Shown here: piece by piece, positions 48,189 to 56,388 of the stretch
Position numbering within the stretch: the stretch's first letter is position 1
Layout: each line of letters starts with the position of its first letter
Virus record (IMG/VR): IMGVR_UViG_3300003601_000003
Reading direction: 5' to 3' (one strand)
Length of the DNA stretch: 64,000 nucleotides
Source: an uncultured virus (IMG/VR IMGVR_UViG_3300003601_000003)
Lineage: Duplodnaviria > Heunggongvirae > Uroviricota > Caudoviricetes
The notes under the pieces: model-generated
The model's input: only the letters and a program-made list of their open reading frames with translations
What the model was told of the DNA's origin: nothing
The model's database searches: none
Translations under genes and position numbers: made by a program

Positions 48189-48901
48189 AAGACATGATTG
48201 AATACTTTAAGACAATGATCACACCTCCAGTAGAAGATGCCTGTATTATTGTTGCACACCCACAAGAAATAGATTTCACAAAATATCTAAAAGTGGAGAA
48301 ACAAGGAGCAGGTTCAGGGGCAATTATTGATATGAAAGAACCTCTTGCTCATGGAGTGATCTTACTGTCAGAACCTACGGATGAACAAAGTAAAGAAATA
48401 TTTAAAATCTTAAAACCTGGTGGTCATGTGATCCTCATCCCCGAAGACATTGGATATAAGGGAGTTATTTCCCTTGAAGATACAGGGTTTGAAGTAAGAG
48501 ATGCGATCTTTGTAGGAGATGGGGAGAGCGATTTCTATTACTGCTCGAAAGCAAGTAGGTCTGAAAGAGAAGAGGGGCTACCTCCAAAAGACGAAGGTAG
48601 ATCCAACACACACCCTACTGTCAAGCCTATAGAAATCATGGGGTGGTGTGCTAGAGATATAAAACCTAACTCTAAAGTAGTAGACCCATTCTTAGGGTCT
48701 GGAACTACTGGGATTGCGATGTCTCGTTTAGGGCATGACTTTGTAGGGATTGAATTACAGAAAGAATATGCAAAGATCTGTGAGGCTCGGATTAGACATT
48801 GGATGCCTATTGGGACTGAGATAGAGTCTGAAGCTCAAGTAGGTAAAGCAGAACCTAAAAAGGGTGAGCAAGTATCTATATTTGACATCTTTGATTCATA
48901 G
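48185..48901 (+). CDS. N6/N4 DNA methyltransferase, C-terminal (SAM-binding) part
   Basis: FYYCSKASRSER, NTHPTVKP, VVDPFLGSGTTG, FVGIE; lacks DPPY. Confidence 0.85.
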   Translation: MKDMIEYFKTMITPPVEDACIIVAHPQEIDFTKYLKVEKQGAGSGAIIDMKEPLAHGVILLSEPTDEQSKEIFKILKPGGHVILIPEDIGYKGVISLEDTGFEVRDAIFVGDGESDFYYCSKASRSEREEGLPPKDEGRSNTHPTVKPIEIMGWCARDIKPNSKVVDPFLGSGTTGIAMSRLGHDFVGIELQKEYAKICEARIRHWMPIGTEIESEAQVGKAEPKKGEQVSIFDIFDS

Positions 48902-48945
48902 TTTATTTATTGTGCCTCATTTTTATTTGAGAAAGGAGAGCGTTA

Positions 48946-49968
48946 ATGCTCGCGGAATACATTTGGATAGATGGTGGAAACCCAACAGCTAGAGTTAGAT
49001 CTAAGACCAAGTACATACACGACACGACACCAACCACCGTTGAGAGATTGCCTCTGTGGAACTTTGATGGTTCATCTACAATGCAAGCGATCGGCAAATC
49101 CTCGGACTGTGTATTAAGACCAGTACGAATTGTCAATGACCCCATTAGAGGAGGGGACAATATCTTAGTTCTTTGTGAGGTAGAGACTGTTGATGGCGAT
49201 AAGCACCCCTCTAATACAAGGTCTAAACTTGTTAAATCTCTTGAGTCTTTTAAAGGTCAAGGAGAATGGGTTGCTTTTGAACAAGAGTATACTCTGTATA
49301 AAGGATCAAGACCTCTAGGATTCCCAAGTGAAAGAAGATTCCCAGCAGACCAAGGCCCATATTATTGTGGTGTTGGTGCAGATGAAGTATCTGGTAGACC
49401 TCTTGTAGAAAAGCACTTAGATATTTGTCTGCAAGCAGGATTGCCTATTACGGGTATTAATGCAGAAGTCATGCCTGGTCAATGGGAATACCAACTTGGC
49501 GGGCCGAACATAGACGCTTTAACAGCGAGTGATCATCTATGGATTTCTAGGTGGCTCTTGTATCGCATTGGTGAGGACTTTGACATCACAGCAACTCTTG
49601 ACCCTAAGCCTGTCGCTGGAGATTGGAATGGGGCGGGTATGCACACCAACTTCTCAACCAAAACCATGAGACAAGAAGGTGGCATCGAGGAGATCAACCA
49701 AGCTGTTGAAAAGATGTCTCACAGGATTCAAGAACACCTTGATCGCTATGGGGCAGGTTATGAGATCAGACTAACAGGTCACCACGAGACTTGTCGTTAT
49801 GATGAGTTCAAGTGGGGTGTTTCAGATCGTACAGCTTCTGTTCGTATCCCTGTCGAAACGGATAAAAATGGTTGTGGCTATTTTGAAGACCGAAGACCTA
49901 ACGCTAACGCAGATCCTTATCTTGTATGTGAAGCATTGATAAGAACGATCTCTGAAACTTGGGAGTAA
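48946..49968 (+). CDS. glnII: glutamine synthetase type II
   Basis: AEYIWIDG, RSKT, WNFDGSST.QA, EQEY, QGPYYCGVGA, NAEVMPGQWEYQ, DWNGAGMHTNFST, RLTG.HET, R.AS.RIP, GYFEDRRP..N.DPY; 340 aa. Confidence 0.93.
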   Translation: MLAEYIWIDGGNPTARVRSKTKYIHDTTPTTVERLPLWNFDGSSTMQAIGKSSDCVLRPVRIVNDPIRGGDNILVLCEVETVDGDKHPSNTRSKLVKSLESFKGQGEWVAFEQEYTLYKGSRPLGFPSERRFPADQGPYYCGVGADEVSGRPLVEKHLDICLQAGLPITGINAEVMPGQWEYQLGGPNIDALTASDHLWISRWLLYRIGEDFDITATLDPKPVAGDWNGAGMHTNFSTKTMRQEGGIEEINQAVEKMSHRIQEHLDRYGAGYEIRLTGHHETCRYDEFKWGVSDRTASVRIPVETDKNGCGYFEDRRPNANADPYLVCEALIRTISETWE

Positions 49969-49971
49969 ACC

Positions 49972-50166
49972 ATGAAAGTTCGTGTGGAATGGGATTTCTC
50001 TCAAACAGAGCTAGAAGATACAGAATACGACAAAGCAGTTGAGCAAGCAGGGCTTCCCCATATCGTCCTTATACCCATAGATGTGGCTTATGAGGATGAA
50101 GGTGGGATCTCCGATTGGATCAGTGACAAGTTTGGGTTTACAATCTATGAGTGGTGGGAAGTGTAA
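49972..50166 (+). CDS. small hypothetical protein
   Basis: GGGAG RBS right after glnII. Confidence 0.55.
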   Translation: MKVRVEWDFSQTELEDTEYDKAVEQAGLPHIVLIPIDVAYEDEGGISDWISDKFGFTIYEWWEV

Positions 50167-50236
50167 CCCCTTATTTATGTCATAGTGTAAGGGGCTGAAA
50201 ACCAACCCCTCAAACTCCCCAAAGGAGAACGCCAAG

Positions 50237-50779
50237 ATGAACCACCTAACCCTCCTCAACACAGTGAGCTACGCAACCGAAGCTCACAAAAATCAGCAAC
50301 GCAAGAGTGGCGGAGCCTACATCTGCCACCCAATCAGAATGTCGGCCGCACTTGCAAGTGCAGGGGTCAACGACCTACTTCCGCTCCAAATCGCCCTCCT
50401 CCACGACACCATCGAGGACACTACGGTGACCTACAACGACCTCCTCACAGAGTTTGGACAGGAGGTCGCAGACGGAGTGGTCGAACTGAGTGATGACAAA
50501 GCACTCGACAAAGCCACACGCAAGGCTCTCACCATCACCCACGCCCCACACCTCAGCCGAGCATCCGCTCTAGTGAAGATCGCAGACAACTGCGACAACT
50601 GTAACGGGATCATGGGCGACCACCCTCCCAAAGGGTGGAATCAAGAGAGGATCACAGCCTACGGAGAGTGGGCAAGGAAGGTAGCAGAGGGAGCTTACAA
50701 AGCTCTTAAGAGCGAGGGGGACAGAGAGATCGCCCGAAACCTCGCACGAGGAAGCAAACTCCCAACCAACCTCGGCTAA
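50237..50779 (+). CDS. Mesh1/SpoT-like HD hydrolase (small alarmone hydrolase)
   Basis: AH..Q.RK.G..YI.HP, ALLHDTIEDT, FG.EV...V..LSDDK, LVK.AD..DN. Confidence 0.85.
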   Translation: MNHLTLLNTVSYATEAHKNQQRKSGGAYICHPIRMSAALASAGVNDLLPLQIALLHDTIEDTTVTYNDLLTEFGQEVADGVVELSDDKALDKATRKALTITHAPHLSRASALVKIADNCDNCNGIMGDHPPKGWNQERITAYGEWARKVAEGAYKALKSEGDREIARNLARGSKLPTNLG

Positions 50780-51408
50780 AGAGGAGGGGAGAGAAGGTCA
50801 AAGCGATAAAACGCAGACTTGACCCCCACCTCTAAGACCCCACCACTACGCACCAACAACTGAGAGAAGTTGTTGGGATCATTTACTACATCATAAGTAG
50901 CCAACCCACAGATGTAGAATTCGTACCTTGACTCTCTTATCACGATAATCTGAGGTGTGTTTGAGGAGCTAGGTGTAGGCTTTCTTAACAGTGGGAAATC
51001 TCCCATGTTTACTGTCTTGACTCCCACCTCATATCCCGCTGACCTCAAGTCGGGAACATAGTAGTCATTAGAGTTCCCTACAGAAAAGTCAACGAACAAC
51101 TTACCTATGTGTTGTTCCACAGCACACTCACCACCCCAACCAGTCAGGTATCTTTTAGCCAACGACTTTGGGTCTTTAAAGTATTGACCCCCCTCTTGTC
51201 TTTTCTTCTCGATCACTTTCTTAACGAACGACCTTATTTGAGCCTCTTTATCGGTGCTTAGAGAGACTTTTGGGTATGAGTCTAGGTGTTGCCCTACAAA
51301 GTGATTGAAGGACGGTTCTATACCCTCTAAGATCTTTGACCTCAATCTTCTTTCACCTTGCAGTTGAGCAGGTATTCTCGCACATAATGTTGAATAGCCC
51401 TCACCCAA
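50776..51408 (-). CDS. hypothetical protein, possible PD-(D/E)xK nuclease fold
   Basis: G..GE.AV...PDL....EVGVKT pattern; start uncertain. Confidence 0.4.
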   Translation of the reverse strand: MGEGYSTLCARIPAQLQGERRLRSKILEGIEPSFNHFVGQHLDSYPKVSLSTDKEAQIRSFVKKVIEKKRQEGGQYFKDPKSLAKRYLTGWGGECAVEQHIGKLFVDFSVGNSNDYYVPDLRSAGYEVGVKTVNMGDFPLLRKPTPSSSNTPQIIVIRESRYEFYICGLATYDVVNDPNNFSQLLVRSGGVLEVGVKSAFYRFDLLSPPL

Positions 51409-51737
51409 GACTTAGGTGTCTCTATCTTGTAGTTTGCCCTCATGTATTCATCAACACCTTTAGCTGTCGTAGGCAAACTAAGATCAATAAAACTTGAGTT
51501 CATGTGAGGCATCTCTAAAACAAATCGCCTCAAGTTTTGATATTCAAGCCTCAGCATATCCAAACGGTATTCCTCACTTGAAGCACAGGAAAAGTGTGTC
51601 GGACACTTTATCATCCCTCCTTTTTTGAGAAAAATGTATCCGTCACCTTTACATTTACAGTCTAACATACTGTTCGTGATTTTCATTACTGTCTTTCGTT
51701 TCACAAGAAACCTCCTTTTAATAGTTTCTTTATACAA
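51342..51737 (-). CDS. hypothetical protein with Cys cluster
   Basis: CKCKGDG...CPTH; true start probably the downstream MKITN. Confidence 0.45.
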   Translation of the reverse strand: MYKETIKRRFLVKRKTVMKITNSMLDCKCKGDGYIFLKKGGMIKCPTHFSCASSEEYRLDMLRLEYQNLRRFVLEMPHMNSSFIDLSLPTTAKGVDEYMRANYKIETPKSWVRAIQHYVREYLLNCKVKED

Positions 51738-51765
51738 CCACTACTTAAAAAGAGAGGAGATTGTT

Positions 51766-52116
51766 ATGGGAAACTTCTGGGTGAGACCCGATGGGCAGAA
51801 CACTCTAAAGGGTGTAGAAGATGACCCTACCAATAAACCTGTACTACCTGCGTATCTGATTTTAGAGTTCTTGTCGAACGATAATCAGAAAGCGAGAGAT
51901 GACTTTTTGAAACTACTTCCAGGAATGGGTGAAGAAGAACAGTATAGGCTACAAGAAATCTATGCTTTCAGCACTAAGCCAAAAGACTATCCTCAGATTA
52001 TTGAGGACAAGTTTCAAAAGGCTATGACTCCTAGAGTCAACATGGGGAACAATCATCTCCCTAAAACAGTAAACACATCATCTAACCAACGCACTAAACT
52101 TAGAGTGAACCAATAG
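51766..52116 (+). CDS. hypothetical protein
   Basis: Class-1 promoter at 51722 and GAGGAG RBS place the start at 51766. Confidence 0.6.
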   Translation: MGNFWVRPDGQNTLKGVEDDPTNKPVLPAYLILEFLSNDNQKARDDFLKLLPGMGEEEQYRLQEIYAFSTKPKDYPQIIEDKFQKAMTPRVNMGNNHLPKTVNTSSNQRTKLRVNQ

Positions 52117-52155
52117 CTACGACCTCTTTTAAAGAGACCGCAATGGAGAATAAAA

Positions 52156-53067
52156 ATGAGAAGACTAGCTTCGGAAATACTTAAAGATTTAGAACTAAGG
52201 GTAGCTCACCTTGAAAGTGGCTTTCAAGGTGAGTTGAGGAAATCTATTGAGGTTGTCATCGAAAATACTCCCTCAAATATAAGAATTGATCGAGTAGAGT
52301 TTCCCAGAACACAGGAAGAGTTTTTAGAGATAGAGGCAAATAATGTGCCCGTTATTTTTTACAACTGCCCACTTGGAACAAACATGGTCAACCGATTGGA
52401 ACTGTTCAAGTCTGATTTTAATCCTATGGTAGAGTCTAGGCTTGCAGATAGGAATAAGAAAGACATTGGTGGTTTGCTAGAGATTAGTCTCCAAGACCTC
52501 TTAAGATCAAACTTTGAGAGGGGTTCTCGATATGTAGGGAAGCACCGTCTGAATACGAGGGCTTTGAAAAAACTGCTAGGGGTTAATCTTTATGGTAAGG
52601 GTCAGATTTTAGAGGGTATGGGAATAAACTCTGCAAATATGTGGTGTGGACCTAAAGGGTGCGTCACCCCCCTCCACCTTGATACAATCAACAACTTAGC
52701 ATGGAATGTGTACGGGCAAAAGACATGGTTCTTGGTAAGTCCAGAGGATATGTACCACAAGGCTTACTTAGAATCATTCAAAGAGCCTTATGAAGAGGAC
52801 TATAAGGGTGATTGGACTAGGAACGATAATGGTCGATCTCCTACCTTTTCAAAGATGACAGAGAACCCATTAAAGAGCTTTAATCATTTCCCTATGTCTA
52901 GGGGTATAAAGTTCCATAAGGTCGTGTTCAGAGAAAATGAAATGCTGTATCTTCCCGCTTATTGGGGACACTATGTTAATACTGACTCCGACTCTTTAAT
53001 GATTAACCATTGGTACGATGAGGTGCCTATAATCCTTAGCTCAACAAGAGTGAAAGGCAATTTGTAG
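52156..53067 (+). CDS. MRRLASE-leader cassette protein carrying a JmjC/cupin-8 dioxygenase domain
   Basis: Leader MRRLASEILKDLELRVAHLE; NMWCGP.G..TPLHLD...N......G.K.W ... LYLPAYWGH.V (HxD...H Fe(II) triad). Confidence 0.85.
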   Translation: MRRLASEILKDLELRVAHLESGFQGELRKSIEVVIENTPSNIRIDRVEFPRTQEEFLEIEANNVPVIFYNCPLGTNMVNRLELFKSDFNPMVESRLADRNKKDIGGLLEISLQDLLRSNFERGSRYVGKHRLNTRALKKLLGVNLYGKGQILEGMGINSANMWCGPKGCVTPLHLDTINNLAWNVYGQKTWFLVSPEDMYHKAYLESFKEPYEEDYKGDWTRNDNGRSPTFSKMTENPLKSFNHFPMSRGIKFHKVVFRENEMLYLPAYWGHYVNTDSDSLMINHWYDEVPIILSSTRVKGNL

Positions 53068-53115
53068 TTCGTTTATCGCTTCTCCATAGATGATCTACAC
53101 AATGGAGAATAAAAA

Positions 53116-53466
53116 ATGGCTACAGAGAAATCACAAGACCCAACACAGCTTGATAAACTACCACTTAAGAGCAAGAAGTTCCTTGCTTATCTGATCGCAG
53201 ACATCGGGTGGAAAATCCTTATGTTCTATGTGATTTGGGAGTATCAAACTAAGATTGAGCATTATGCGTTTATGGTTCTCGTCACTATGATCGTAACAAG
53301 CGGTTTTATACAGATCGGGTATATCTTAGGTCAAGCCGCTCTTGATAAGTACACTACAGTGGCTGTCTCGGCTCTTGAGAGAGATGGGGATAAACCTACC
53401 CCACCTAAACCAAAGGCTAAAGAAGAACCCGACCCTAATAGCACAGACCCTAACGAGTTCATGTAA
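53116..53466 (+). CDS. two-TM membrane protein, holin-like
   Basis: LKSKKFLA + two TM helices + YILGQA..D pattern; charged tail. Confidence 0.55.
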   Translation: MATEKSQDPTQLDKLPLKSKKFLAYLIADIGWKILMFYVIWEYQTKIEHYAFMVLVTMIVTSGFIQIGYILGQAALDKYTTVAVSALERDGDKPTPPKPKAKEEPDPNSTDPNEFM

Positions 53467-53525
53467 TAGTTTATTTATGAGTGATCTTAAGTGATCTCAT
53501 TAACCTTAACAAAATGGAGAAAACC

Positions 53526-54194
53526 ATGAGAAGATCAGCAACCGAAGTTATTAAAAACCTTGAGCGTAGAATCGCAAGGCTCGAAGGAAATATAAACACT
53601 CGAAAGACCGCAAGGGGAGATGTCGCTATCGAGACCGCTTCCGAGCGAGACATACAGAAGGCTTGGCCTAGAGTCACCTATAAAGGCAAAAGCATCCACG
53701 CAGACTACAGCAAATGGACTAACTCGGTCGAGAGTTCAGAACTTAGCGAGTATACTGATATTGGTTTGACGGATGATCTGGGTAATTCTCTGGAAGTTGC
53801 AGAAGGTGGACAAGAGGTTTATCTTGGATACAACCAAGAAAAAGATTTCTTTGTGATGGGCTTTGATATGAGTTTCTATTCACAAGTAACAGAAGATGAG
53901 TGGGATGCTCATGCTGATGCCATGTCCAAATATGAGGACGCAAAGTTTGAAGCGGAGGAATGGAATGAGGATGAGCCTGAGCCTTGGGACTTTGAAGGAT
54001 ATAATGAGGACTTTGAGAATGTCGAAGATCCTCGTCATAATGGTCACAGAGGTTGGGCGGCAGTACTTTTTAGGGTTGAGAATGGTCGGATTAAGACAGA
54101 AGACCCTAAGTTCGGTACTAGTCTTTTTTATGAGATGGATGTACACAAGGGACTTAAGCGTAAGTTTAATCTCGTTGACCTTCGATTGGGATAA
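53526..54194 (+). CDS. MRRSATE-leader cassette protein, acidic unknown payload
   Basis: Full conserved upstream block; leader ATG at 53526. Confidence 0.8.
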   Translation: MRRSATEVIKNLERRIARLEGNINTRKTARGDVAIETASERDIQKAWPRVTYKGKSIHADYSKWTNSVESSELSEYTDIGLTDDLGNSLEVAEGGQEVYLGYNQEKDFFVMGFDMSFYSQVTEDEWDAHADAMSKYEDAKFEAEEWNEDEPEPWDFEGYNEDFENVEDPRHNGHRGWAAVLFRVENGRIKTEDPKFGTSLFYEMDVHKGLKRKFNLVDLRLG

Positions 54195-54303
54195 ACCTAC
54201 CCTCAAACTCTAATAATGTTAGTTATACTCGTTATTAAGTCATCTATTAAAGGTTAAATGACTTACTCCTATATGAGTGAACCTCATATCTAGGAGTAAG
54301 AAC

Positions 54304-54510
54304 ATGAGTGCTAAATCCTTTGAAGAAGCCGTAAGAACAACTCAACCTGTCATTTATGTAGGAGTTGAGCGTCAAGAGGCTAAGGGCTTCAATAAAGTAG
54401 TCCTCATACAAGAGAATAAAGAAGGGCTACAGACAACCGAACACCACATGACAGGTGATGTCTCTGTTCAAATGGTGAATGGTGTCTTAAAGGTTTATGT
54501 GAAAAGCTAA
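54304..54510 (+). CDS. small hypothetical protein
   Basis: AGGAG RBS inside a long hairpin; start at 54304. Confidence 0.55.
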   Translation: MSAKSFEEAVRTTQPVIYVGVERQEAKGFNKVVLIQENKEGLQTTEHHMTGDVSVQMVNGVLKVYVKS

Positions 54511-54547
54511 AGCAGATCTGCCGCTATGTCAGATGTGTGTAAACTCA
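54507..54547 (-). repeat. orphan, synonymously recoded copy of the PhoH 3' end (SDIAADLL*)
   Basis: TCT GAC ATA GCG GCA GAT CTG CTT TAG (54533-54507) vs TCT GAC ATT GCC GCA GAT CTT TTG TAG (55066-55040). Confidence 0.85.
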
Positions 54548-54982
54548 GATGTGTTCCTCAAGCATTGCAGGGAGACTCCAGATCTCGTCAGAGATTTTGC
54601 CTAACTTACGATCACGAAAGCAGAGTCTTTCCAACTTACTTGCGTCTGCGTGATCCATATCCTCAAGATCAGTTGTGTACACCCGATAAGAGACCTCAGA
54701 GACACCCTCATCATCACAGATGCTAAGATCATTATCGTCACAGATCTGTTTGACCCTAGACTCAAACTCATTTTGTAGTTCATCCGCTTCCATAAAATAA
54801 CGGTGTATGAGAGCATGACTCTCTTCCTCTGACCAAACATCATAAATCCACTCATCAGCATCGAAGTGTCTGTAAGCGTTGCGACTGAGACCAGCCTTCT
54901 TACCAGAGGATTTCGTCTTCTTTTCAAGTCTTGCAATTCTCATTTCAAGGTTATTAATGATTTCTGTTGCTGATTTTCTCAT
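54545..54982 (-). CDS. MRKSATE-leader cassette protein, acidic unknown payload
   Basis: Conserved upstream block 54983-55042; leader ATG at 54982. Confidence 0.8.
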   Translation of the reverse strand: MRKSATEIINNLEMRIARLEKKTKSSGKKAGLSRNAYRHFDADEWIYDVWSEEESHALIHRYFMEADELQNEFESRVKQICDDNDLSICDDEGVSEVSYRVYTTDLEDMDHADASKLERLCFRDRKLGKISDEIWSLPAMLEEHI

Positions 54983-55039
54983 AAAGGTACTCCATAGGTT
55001 TGAGGTTAATAAGATCACTTAATAACGAGAATAGATAAA

Positions 55040-56329
55040 CTACAAAAGATCTGCGGCAATGTCAGATAGCGTAGATCTCTCTGACTTATGTAAACTCACA
55101 CACGCAAATAAAGGTTGACCCAACATACGCTCAATCACATACACAAGACCATTAGATTGCTTTGTGAGGTAAGGGTGATCAATCTGATAGGGATCACCTA
55201 AGAGAACTACTTTAGTTCCCTCAGCCGCTCTTGTGATGATTGATTTGATTTCATGCTTGGTGAGATTCTGAGCTTCGTCAATAATCATAAAGGCTTGTTT
55301 AAGTGAGCGACCCCTAATGGAGTGGATTGGTTGGATCTCTATCTGATTCTTTTCAAGGAAACCTTCTTTAGTACCCATCTCTGCACCCATCGGACCAGCG
55401 TCCCACATTGGGTTGATCTGATCTAGGTTGTCAAAAAAGCTCTGCATCCAAGGCTCTAGTTTCTCGGAGAGAGAACCAGGCAAGAACCCGATGCCTTGAC
55501 CGACATCAACTACAGGTTTAGAGAGTAGGATACGCTGATATGTATGAGCTTGCTCAAGAGCGGCAGCTAATGCAAGGAAGGTTTTGCCAGTACCTGCTTT
55601 ACCTAAGAGACACACCAACTCAATGTCGGGATCTAAAAGAGCATCAAGAGAGGCTCTTTGTTCAAGATTTCTAGGTTTGGCTTTTTCGGTACGCACTTTG
55701 TCTACATTAAAGAGAGATCCCTCTTTGTGTTGGAAAAGATGTTTTTTCTCACCTGGTGCAACAAACCAAACATACTGATTTTCATGGAAATCTTCATCAA
55801 ACTCATGTGGAAGTCTTACAGCACCTTGCCAATATGACTTAACCAATTGATTCATAAACTTTACATCAGGTACAAAACCTTTTAACCCTATACCAGAGAG
55901 GGTGTCCAGACTTGTGTCCGAAGTGTAGTCAGAAGAATTAACCCCCACAGATTCACATATGATGCGTAGGTTGATATCTCTTGAAACGAGAGTCAGATCG
56001 TATTCGTCTTTGAGGTGAATAGCAGTTTGTAGAATAAGTAAATCTACATACCTAATCTGATTAGCTCGGTCTAAAGAACTTATGCTGAGTCCTCCTTCGT
56101 GTGATACAACTTTAACCTTATCTTCTGTTTGAAGTTTAAGGATAAGATTAGAGGCTTGACGAGCGAGATGTGCTACATGAGATTTCTCTCGTTTGGGTGT
56201 GTCTTTGAGAACATCAAGCTCCATGATTACATAGATTGGGATGAGGACTTCGGTATCATCTTCAAAAGAGGTCATAGAGGTAGGATCGTGTATTAACACA
56301 CTAGTATCTAGCAAAACAGCCTTTGTCAT
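55040..56329 (-). CDS. phoH: PIN-PhoH (PhoH2-type) protein
   Basis: N-terminal PIN (LLDTSVLIHDP, ELD, VSRD.NLR) plus PhoH ATPase (GKAGTGKT.LA, GFLPG...EK..PW, RGRS, IIDEAQN, GDP.QID). Confidence 0.9.
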   Translation of the reverse strand: MTKAVLLDTSVLIHDPTSMTSFEDDTEVLIPIYVIMELDVLKDTPKREKSHVAHLARQASNLILKLQTEDKVKVVSHEGGLSISSLDRANQIRYVDLLILQTAIHLKDEYDLTLVSRDINLRIICESVGVNSSDYTSDTSLDTLSGIGLKGFVPDVKFMNQLVKSYWQGAVRLPHEFDEDFHENQYVWFVAPGEKKHLFQHKEGSLFNVDKVRTEKAKPRNLEQRASLDALLDPDIELVCLLGKAGTGKTFLALAAALEQAHTYQRILLSKPVVDVGQGIGFLPGSLSEKLEPWMQSFFDNLDQINPMWDAGPMGAEMGTKEGFLEKNQIEIQPIHSIRGRSLKQAFMIIDEAQNLTKHEIKSIITRAAEGTKVVLLGDPYQIDHPYLTKQSNGLVYVIERMLGQPLFACVSLHKSERSTLSDIAADLL

Positions 56330-56388
56330 GTGGACTCCATTCTGAGGGTAATTCTCCTCACCCTATAAGCGAAAGGTATCTAAAGAAT

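Larger units (their letters stand above)
1299..50178. promoter_or_regulatory. dispersed class-2 motif GTAACCCCTTATTTAT followed by a -10-like hexamer (putative early promoter), 7 copies
   Basis: 1299-1314(-), 11987-12002(-), 25999-26014, 40400-40415(-), 40468-40483, 43086-43101, 50163-50178; six point at a downstream small or accessory gene, one at the ncRNA candidate. Confidence 0.8.

Noticed and set aside
48946..49968. Eukaryotic or NCLDV origin suggested by GSII, TopIB, JmjC and EF-hands
   Set aside because: Shine-Dalgarno sites, ATGA-coupled operons, DnaX, NusG, peptidoglycan amidase and HK97-type head genes indicate a bacteriophage
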